Positions 1-7,359 of a stretch of DNA of 64,000 nucleotides are shown here, piece after piece (positions within the stretch are counted from its first letter, which is position 1; every line of letters begins with the position of its first letter). Position numbers and translations under genes: made by a program. The notes beneath the pieces are model-generated. The model was not told where the DNA came from and made no database searches. It saw nothing but the letters and a program-made list of their open reading frames with translations. This stretch comes from Candidatus Hodarchaeota archaeon (GTDB lineage Archaea > Asgardarchaeota > Lokiarchaeia > Sigyniarchaeales > SOKP01): positions 160,001-224,000 of the forward strand of contig JBHLJY010000001.1 in NCBI GenBank assembly GCA_048887225.1, written 5' to 3'.

Positions 1-204
1 AAAGTCTATTTTTTGCTTATTAGTCAAATCTTTGTAATTCAAAAAGATAGAACGATTTTTTTTGAGTAATTCAAGATAAGTTTTTTTCTCATTTCTAAGA
101 CCCTGATCAATAAAATCTTTCTTTATAAAGCTAGATGATAATTTTAGTGTGGTATTACTCTCTAAAATAGCAGGATAATTTTCCTTAACTATACGTGAAC
201 TCAT
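1..204 (-). CDS. 5' part of a hypothetical protein running off the window edge (MSSRIVKENYPAILESNTTLKLSSSFIKKDF...)
   Basis: ATG at 204 on the minus strand, open for 68 codons to position 1; not in the ORF track because no stop lies in the window. Confidence 0.6.
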   Translation of the reverse strand, partial: MSSRIVKENYPAILESNTTLKLSSSFIKKDFIDQGLRNEKKTYLELLKKNRSIFLNYKDLTNKQKIDF

Positions 205-374
205 ATAGAATTGGGGGGCTTTTCTATTTTAGTAAAAAATTATTTTTTGATCCTATTAAAAAAGGACTCCCTTTTGGTTTAGTATTTTTTAAGGAAAATA
301 AGGTAAATCTAATAAGACGATAAAAAAATAGATAATAAATGAGACGAATTTTATTTTTCGGGGGTTAATATAAC

Positions 375-1904
375 TTATTCTTGAGGTGTTAATATTGGAG
401 GGCCATTTACAATTTTTTCCATATTTTCTTTATGATTTTTCATTTGTCTTAATTCGTCAGAAACGACGTGGTGAGACATTCCATTAGTATGGAGCATTGT
501 AACACCGCCTTTAATTCCTTGTTTACACAATCGAAATATACAGTTAAGCATCCAATTAAATTTGCCGAATGGATTAAGATACTCCTTTACTCTTCTTCTA
601 AACCAACCGCTGTCCAAATAATAGTAAGAATATGCTTCTGCAACTAGACGATACATTTCGATATTTGTTAATTGCTCGGTCTTCATCATAGTATGAAATA
701 GATCGTAATGTTTATAATTATGGCTCGTGACCATACCTTTTGCATTCATCTCGTCGTAAAAAGGAGTTCCAGGGAAGGCAGTTATTGGAGTAAATTGCAC
801 GACATCCATATCGAGTGATTTAGCATAATAGATATTTTGTCGTACCATTGTCTTAGTTTCACCTGGAAAGCCAATTATTACGCCTCCAAAAATTGAGATA
901 CCTCTATCTCTTAGCATTTTTATTACTTTTCTTACCATAGTTGGTGTAAGGTTTTTTTTATTCATCGCATTGAGGCTTTTTTGATGAACCGATTCAATTC
1001 CAAGGAAAACTTGCCTAAAACTCGCTTTTTCTAATAGATCTATTAGCCAAGGATTGCGATATAGGGTGTCGACGCGAGATTGACAACTAAATCGCATTAT
1101 ATTATTAACTCCTGACTGTATGATCGCATCCAATATTTTTTTAGTGCGTTTAACATTAATAGTAAAATTATCCTCGCAGAAAAAGATAAAATTATTTCGC
1201 CAATCGACATCGTAAACTTCTCTCATTATTCTTATTAGGCTCTTAGTTCGATACACAATATGTTGCTTTGGATCTTTCCACATTTTAATAATACAACAAA
1301 ACTTACAGTTATGCGGACACCCTCTTGAAGTTTCTACTTGTCTTGTGGTTGTACCAAGATAAGTATAAAGTTTACCCTCTAAAAGATCTCGGCGTGGCAT
1401 GGGAAATTTGTCTAAATTACATTCTAATCTTCTATCGTTGTTATGAATGACTTTCCCTTCTTTATTTTTATACGAAACGCCATCTATATCTTTTAAAGAC
1501 ACATTATTCTTATTGCCATCAATATAATCTATAATTTCTTTAAAGGTATGCTCACCCTCTCCTCTAACTGTATAATCCACAGCAGGATGATTGGCTACAT
1601 ATTCTGGAACCAATGTGGGATGATATCCTCCGAGAATTGTAGTGCAACCATGTTCTTTAGCCATTTCAGCTACTTCAAAAGCGTGATAAATTTGAGGTGT
1701 CATACTGGTTATAGCAACTACATCATATCGATTTAATTCGTTATGGAATCGTTTTTCTCTATATTTATCGACTTTAAAATCAAATAATTTTGCTTCGTGT
1801 TCAGGAACCATAGCTGCAATTGAAATAAGACTTAATGGGGCACCTGTAATTATTGAATCCATTCCCGAGTCAATTCTCGCGGGATTAATGTAAAAAATTT
1901 TCAT
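375..1904 (-). CDS. B12-binding (class B) radical SAM protein
   Basis: N-terminal cobalamin-binding domain (PLSLISIAA, GGYHPT, VRGEGE); ETSRGCPHNCKFC CxxxCxxC motif; GIES and IIGFPGET motifs. Confidence 0.9.
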   Translation of the reverse strand: MKIFYINPARIDSGMDSIITGAPLSLISIAAMVPEHEAKLFDFKVDKYREKRFHNELNRYDVVAITSMTPQIYHAFEVAEMAKEHGCTTILGGYHPTLVPEYVANHPAVDYTVRGEGEHTFKEIIDYIDGNKNNVSLKDIDGVSYKNKEGKVIHNNDRRLECNLDKFPMPRRDLLEGKLYTYLGTTTRQVETSRGCPHNCKFCCIIKMWKDPKQHIVYRTKSLIRIMREVYDVDWRNNFIFFCEDNFTINVKRTKKILDAIIQSGVNNIMRFSCQSRVDTLYRNPWLIDLLEKASFRQVFLGIESVHQKSLNAMNKKNLTPTMVRKVIKMLRDRGISIFGGVIIGFPGETKTMVRQNIYYAKSLDMDVVQFTPITAFPGTPFYDEMNAKGMVTSHNYKHYDLFHTMMKTEQLTNIEMYRLVAEAYSYYYLDSGWFRRRVKEYLNPFGKFNWMLNCIFRLCKQGIKGGVTMLHTNGMSHHVVSDELRQMKNHKENMEKIVNGPPILTPQE

Positions 1905-2059
1905 TTAAATACGCATTTTAATTAGTAAAAAATTTCTATAATTAATTTTATTTATCGGAGGAATTAATTGATAACAATTTAAGAAATCCCTAAAATTCAT
2001 ATGTTAGATTTATTGAATTTAAATTGATTTATAAACTTGCATATAAAAAAAAGAGGTTC

Positions 2060-3205
2060 TTAGGCTTCTAGAAAGTAAGTAACTAAAGTATTTTTAATTT
2101 CCTCGAAATGTCCTAAATGCACCTTTGAAAGGTCGATTAGAGATTCGCGGAGGCCTATTTTTTCAATTCTTTCTGTAATCTTGAAATATGGCGTTTCTTT
2201 AAGCTTTTTAATTAATAATTTGTGTTTTTCGCTCTCTGCTAAAAGTAATTCAATGGGATTGATTTCTTCAACTCCTAATATTTTTTGAACAAAGGACAGC
2301 AACATTGTGTCAAAAGTTATTCTCATTATGACTTCTTTATCAAATTCGGCTTTTTTATAAAATAAATAGGTTTTAAGAAGGGATATCGATTCTTTAAATA
2401 GTTGAATAGAATCATTACTGAGTTCTTTTATTTTCTCATTGTAAGCTCGATTTTTAGAAACTCTCAAACATATAACAGCTAAAGTTTGATATTCAGCTAC
2501 AAAATGAATAAATCGCGCTTTAGCGTTAAGCATTGTCTCTTTTGATTTTTCCTCATCTAATATTTCTCCAAGATTATCAAGAGATCTTCTAAAATAAGTA
2601 GCAATATCGTAAAATTTATTTGCAGCAGCTTCATATTCTTTCATAATTAATAAATTAAGCGCCCTTTTTTCTTCTACCTCGTAAAGCTCGTCAAATTTAT
2701 TGATTTTCATCACAGCCTGTAAAATCAGTCTTTTACCTTTATCTTTTGTTAAACTAGAGCGTTCATAAGTTTGTCCTGCTTTTAGCAATAAAAAAGAAGA
2801 AAGTTTATGAAATTCTTCGGGATCAGCCTTGTATAAATAAGAAGAAGCCTTTTCCCAACTTTCTCCAGCAGACTCCCAGTCATTCATCTTATATAATATA
2901 TTCGCTAGACTCATGAGCAATTTGGCAGAAATTTCGTATAATTTTAATTGTTCCGTCTTTCTAATGATTAAATTTAGACGGTGAATCGCATGAATATTAT
3001 TTTTAAATTGCGAAATTATTTTAGCAATTTGAATATAAAGCTCATCTAATTTGATATAGCTTCCAAAATCAAGATATATTTGAGCAGCTTTTTCATAAAG
3101 TTTTAAAGCTTTTTCTCCTTTGCCTTTATCGACTAGATTTTCTGCTTCGTCTATTAATTGTATTGCCTCGATTTCTTTCTGTTCTCTATCGCGATTATTG
3201 ATCAT
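2060..3205 (-). CDS. TPR/SNAP-like all-helical repeat protein
   Basis: Repeated helical motifs such as ALKLYEKAAQIY, DWESAGESWEKAS, EYEAAANKFYDIA. Confidence 0.6.
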   Translation of the reverse strand: MINNRDREQKEIEAIQLIDEAENLVDKGKGEKALKLYEKAAQIYLDFGSYIKLDELYIQIAKIISQFKNNIHAIHRLNLIIRKTEQLKLYEISAKLLMSLANILYKMNDWESAGESWEKASSYLYKADPEEFHKLSSFLLLKAGQTYERSSLTKDKGKRLILQAVMKINKFDELYEVEEKRALNLLIMKEYEAAANKFYDIATYFRRSLDNLGEILDEEKSKETMLNAKARFIHFVAEYQTLAVICLRVSKNRAYNEKIKELSNDSIQLFKESISLLKTYLFYKKAEFDKEVIMRITFDTMLLSFVQKILGVEEINPIELLLAESEKHKLLIKKLKETPYFKITERIEKIGLRESLIDLSKVHLGHFEEIKNTLVTYFLEA

Positions 3206-3293
3206 TTTTAATCTATTCGGAGTGTTTTACTATAATTGATTATAAAAAATTTTTATTATATTATAATAGATCCATTAAATAAATTTAATTTTT

Positions 3294-4178
3294 CTATAGA
3301 TTATCAAGGAGTTTTATATTTTTACTTTTTAAAATATTTCTAAACTCTAAAGCTTGGGAAGTTGAAGCAAAACATTCTTTAGCGTCTTCAATGGCTCCGT
3401 AAAAAATAAAATTTGAGAACCATGAAGCAATAAACATAATGCTTGCTCTTCTATAGCGAGTGTGAAATTTTACGTTTAACCGAGGTGAGGAATATTTATA
3501 AAGAAATAGATTTGGAGCTGTACCAACCGGTAGTTTTAGCGAAGTACAGATTATTTGTTGAGTCTCTAAAATGTGAGCTAGGCTCTCTAAAGTTATGACA
3601 CCCCCATCAATCCAGATTTTCTCAATACCTAAATTATTTAATCCTTCTAACAAACTGATGTTATTAGGTTGGTTTTTATCAGTTAAATACGCATATCGTT
3701 GAGTGGATGTCATATTATCTGAGCCAAGAATTAGCACTACAACTGAATTAATTTTATATTTTTTAAGAATTTCCAGTTCTTGTTTGTTTTTAAGATTTGA
3801 AATGGCATTATATATATATTCATCTGGTTTAATGCCCCTTTCTTTAAGATATTTTATTCCTTCAACCCGCGCATCAAAAGTTCCACCTAAGACTAATGGA
3901 GTTTCAAAGTGATCTAAATAAAATTCTAGATATTTTATCATAGCTTTTTGTGTGTTTCCCGAAATCTCTATTAAATTTGGCAATTTATATTTTTCAGCTA
4001 AAGACTTTTGGGTTAAAATCCGCTTTTTTGCTTTCTCTTCATTGAAAATTTCTTCATTTTTTCGATTGATAAAAACCTGACCTTGATAAAATAGAGTTCC
4101 AATCATAACGGGAGGTAAATTAAAATTTCCTCGACCAAGTTTTATATTTTTATAAATATATGGACTATTATTCGTCAT
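3294..4178 (-). CDS. Divergent MtrH-like pterin-binding methyltransferase (tetrahydromethanopterin S-methyltransferase subunit H family)
   Basis: LPPVMIGTLFYQG...FNEEKA...AMIKYLEF...IYNAI...LPVG...FYGAIE follow the MtrH pattern (PTVLxGTIFY, FDxxxA, IYNSI, PVGxG, LYGPIE). Confidence 0.75.
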   Translation of the reverse strand: MTNNSPYIYKNIKLGRGNFNLPPVMIGTLFYQGQVFINRKNEEIFNEEKAKKRILTQKSLAEKYKLPNLIEISGNTQKAMIKYLEFYLDHFETPLVLGGTFDARVEGIKYLKERGIKPDEYIYNAISNLKNKQELEILKKYKINSVVVLILGSDNMTSTQRYAYLTDKNQPNNISLLEGLNNLGIEKIWIDGGVITLESLAHILETQQIICTSLKLPVGTAPNLFLYKYSSPRLNVKFHTRYRRASIMFIASWFSNFIFYGAIEDAKECFASTSQALEFRNILKSKNIKLLDNL

Positions 4179-4271
4179 AACAAATTTTTAATATTCTTTG
4201 ATTTACTGTTATTAAAAATTATTAGATAATGTTTGAGAATTAATATTTATGTACAAAAATAGTATATATGT

Positions 4272-5471
4272 TTAATACAGATGTAATTTATTCCCACAGC
4301 TCTTACATTGTCCATTCTCTAATTTTTGAAAACATTCTATGTGATATAATGTTCTGCATTCAGTATCACCGCATTTAACTACTTGTTGATTTTCTTCAAA
4401 AATATAATGACATATAGGGCAAGAACTATAAATAGCATCATCTCCTAAATCAGAGATATTTTCTAGTGTTGCGGGGAGTATTTCAGATTTCTGGGAATTT
4501 TCTTGTTTTTGATATTTTAATCCTGATAAGGAACGTAATTTTTGTGCTTGAGTCACCTCTAGGGGAATATTTAACAAGTAAAAACAATGAGGACATCTAC
4601 AAGTTCCAGATTCTGCTGACGTTTCATCTGTTTGGGACATTGCCCATCCTGCTAAACAATGAATATGATATGGTGTTTGACAATTTGGGCAATATCTGCC
4701 AGTGAGATAAAAACTACCCTTAGTTGTCGGATCGTCTTCTTGAAAACAGATCGTACACTTTTTAAAATCAGCCTCACCTCTTATTTGTTTCAATCTTAGT
4801 TCTTGTGTTTTTGTTAAATCTTGAACTCTTAATAATTTTGCAGCAATTTTTCTAAGGAAAGATGGATTTTTAATAAGAGATTCCATATCAGAACCAGGAA
4901 TTTTAATATTTGAATCAGCAAATTTTTGAGCAATTGCCAGCAATGATTTAGAATCATTACTGTAATAATATTTACCTTTTGTAAGATCGCTTAATTTTTT
5001 TAAAATGTTAAGCTGACTCATTACGCCTAATCTAAAAGTATCAATTTTAATATTAAGCCCTTGCGCAAGACGCGCCATTTTTATAGGATCGTTGATTGTT
5101 TCTGTATTAATCCCATCAGAAATTAGGAGAATTCGGGGAATATTTGCCATCACTTTTCGCAGCTCTCCGATTAATATCTTTATTGAAAGCGCTATACCAT
5201 CGCCCATATTGGAACGCCCTCCAATAGTAAGCGAATCTAACATATCGGAAAGCTGACTTTCAACACTGGTAAAGTCTGAAACTTTATTAGCATTATCTGA
5301 AAAAGATACTATTGCAAATGTACTCTTTCCATCTTCCTCAAATCTTTTTTGTATTAATTTTTTTATCGCATTTATGCAACTGTATAATCTATTAGGTTTA
5401 AAATCAGTTCTAAACATACTTCGGCTAGTATCTATACAAATAACCACGTTTTCAGAGACTCTTTGCGGCAT
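4272..5471 (-). CDS. vWA-domain protein with two C-terminal C4HC3 (RING-variant/PHD-like) zinc fingers
   Basis: MIDAS DTSRS, DFKPNRL, LISDG; fingers CTIC..CPNC..HIHC..CPHC and CPIC..CGDTEC..HIEC..CKSC. Confidence 0.85.
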   Translation of the reverse strand: MPQRVSENVVICIDTSRSMFRTDFKPNRLYSCINAIKKLIQKRFEEDGKSTFAIVSFSDNANKVSDFTSVESQLSDMLDSLTIGGRSNMGDGIALSIKILIGELRKVMANIPRILLISDGINTETINDPIKMARLAQGLNIKIDTFRLGVMSQLNILKKLSDLTKGKYYYSNDSKSLLAIAQKFADSNIKIPGSDMESLIKNPSFLRKIAAKLLRVQDLTKTQELRLKQIRGEADFKKCTICFQEDDPTTKGSFYLTGRYCPNCQTPYHIHCLAGWAMSQTDETSAESGTCRCPHCFYLLNIPLEVTQAQKLRSLSGLKYQKQENSQKSEILPATLENISDLGDDAIYSSCPICHYIFEENQQVVKCGDTECRTLYHIECFQKLENGQCKSCGNKLHLY

Positions 5472-5646
5472 ATTTTTAGATCTTTTTATTATGAACTATC
5501 TTCTTTATATAACTCAATTAATAAATATTTATCCTTTGTTAGTAAAATTATGTTTTCCATTATAATTCTTTCCTTAATTCGTAAATTTAGCATGAAAATT
5601 AATAATTTCATAAGAGAGCTCTATTTTTAATATTATAAAATAATAA

Positions 5647-5661
5647 ACTTACGTCGTAAGT
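5647..5661. promoter_or_regulatory. Perfect inverted repeat ACTTACG-T-CGTAAGT, candidate operator in a divergent promoter region
   Basis: 7-1-7 palindrome containing C/G bases in an otherwise very AT-rich spacer between the divergent genes starting at 5471 and 5790. Confidence 0.4.
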
Positions 5662-5789
5662 AATGGAGAAAAAATTCTTTTTATTAGTTAAATTAGTTAC
5701 TAATTATTAGAAAAACTTTTTTTAAAGAGAAATATCTATACTTTACATATAATAAAGAAAAATAAGAAAACAAAACAATCTGAGTTTCA

Positions 5790-6995
5790 ATGTCAAAAAT
5801 CGACAATATTCAAAAGATTAAAGATTTTTTCAAATCAAATGTTATTATTAATGAAGTTGGAGAAGTGTTAGATTTTAAGCCTGATACACTCTTTGGCATC
5901 GATAAAATCAGTGCTGAAAAGCTGAGGGGATCTAATATTAAAACGATCTTAGATTTAGCTAGTTTAGATGAAGATAATCCTCCACAAATAAGAGATGTCA
6001 TACCTCAAATTATAGTTAAGTGGATTAAAGTTGCTAAAGTTCTTGAAAAAGCGGTAAAAGAACAATTAAAAGCGCAAAAGAAACTTTTACTTATTGGATT
6101 AGATAATGGAGGAAAAACTTCAATTTTAGCTGTTCTTCAAGATAAATTCTCAATTATTAAAGATTTGTTACCTACAAGAGGAGTTTCTCGAGAAAAGTTA
6201 GACTTTTTTGGCTATCCTATAATCTCATGGGATTTAGGAGGTCAAGTTCAGTACCGTGAAAAACTTTATTTTAATAAACCTGAATTATTTTTTGGAGAAG
6301 CAGATCTTATTCTATATGTTATTGACATACAAGATCCTACTAGGTTTGAAGAATCAGCTAGCTACTTTAAACAAGTGATAGACGTTTTATTGGAATTAAA
6401 AGAATATCCACCAATACTGGTTATTTTAAATAAATCAGATCAGGACGTAAGGCGTACCTTGACGTGGCAGAAAAATGTTGATGCTATTAAAAGTAAATTC
6501 GATCACATTCTTAGCCAATACGAAAATTTTAATGGTGAGTATTGTGATACAACAATTTTTCAGAAAGAAACGGTAATGCAAATGTTTAGCACTGCGTTAA
6601 TGAAAGTTTCTGAAACTTCAGAAATTATAGAGAATATTCTTGAGGATTTTGCAGAACAGATTGAAGGTAAAGCTTTAAGTTTAATTAGCATGGATGGATT
6701 AATTTTTGGAAGTCATTTTAAAACCAAATCAGACGAGATGTTAGTGAACAATTCAGCACTTTTGCTACAGACGCTCTCAAATTTTCATAACTCTCTTGGG
6801 TTACTCCGAGAAAAGGCTATATCCCTTGCCCTTCCTATGAATAATCTTACCATCCGAGGCGAGAAATTATTTGAATATTCTGATTTAGAAATTCCGGTTT
6901 ATTTATGGCTTCTCTCTGAAAAACCAGAAAAATTAGAAGGAAAATTAGATTTTTTCAGAGAGCAACTGCTACCATTAATTAATCTATTCATTTAA
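5790..6995 (+). CDS. Multidomain small GTPase: N-terminal HhH-like domain, Arf/Rag-like G domain, C-terminal roadblock-like domain
   Basis: G1 GLDNGGKT, G2 PTRG, G3 WDLGGQ, G4 NKSD, Rag-like G5 TTIF; N-terminal LFGIDKISAEKLRGSNIKTILDLA; C-terminal ALSLISMDGLIFGS. Confidence 0.85.
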   Translation: MSKIDNIQKIKDFFKSNVIINEVGEVLDFKPDTLFGIDKISAEKLRGSNIKTILDLASLDEDNPPQIRDVIPQIIVKWIKVAKVLEKAVKEQLKAQKKLLLIGLDNGGKTSILAVLQDKFSIIKDLLPTRGVSREKLDFFGYPIISWDLGGQVQYREKLYFNKPELFFGEADLILYVIDIQDPTRFEESASYFKQVIDVLLELKEYPPILVILNKSDQDVRRTLTWQKNVDAIKSKFDHILSQYENFNGEYCDTTIFQKETVMQMFSTALMKVSETSEIIENILEDFAEQIEGKALSLISMDGLIFGSHFKTKSDEMLVNNSALLLQTLSNFHNSLGLLREKAISLALPMNNLTIRGEKLFEYSDLEIPVYLWLLSEKPEKLEGKLDFFREQLLPLINLFI

Positions 6996-7041
6996 AATAT
7001 ATTTAAACTAACATTCTTTCTAATTTCAATTCAGTTTTAAT

Positions 7042-7245
7042 TTATTCTAATTCTTTTCGGGCTAAAAGTAAATATTCATTACATTTTTCCATCATTTCTA
7101 TTGCTTTATCCAAATTTTCAACAACGTTATTTAATCCTTTAGTCTCTGCGATATTCCGCCATTTGAGAAAGTTCTCTTTATGTGAATTGTTATGACTTGC
7201 CCAATATGAACATAATTTTGATAGCTTCAAGATTTTCTTATCCAA
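7042..7245 (-). CDS. Small helical His-containing protein (WxxHNxxH), possible Ni/metal accessory protein
   Basis: 67 aa, TTG start, YWASHNNSHKENFLKW motif, directly downstream of cdhA on the same strand. Confidence 0.6.
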   Translation of the reverse strand: MDKKILKLSKLCSYWASHNNSHKENFLKWRNIAETKGLNNVVENLDKAIEMMEKCNEYLLLARKELE

Positions 7246-7359
7246 AATAAAATTCTCCTCAATTCTTTTAGTAAATATAAATTATAAAATTAATACAAAA
7301 TAATAAGAGATTCTATAATGAATAAAGAAATAAAAAAAATTAAAAAAGAAGAAAAAGAA

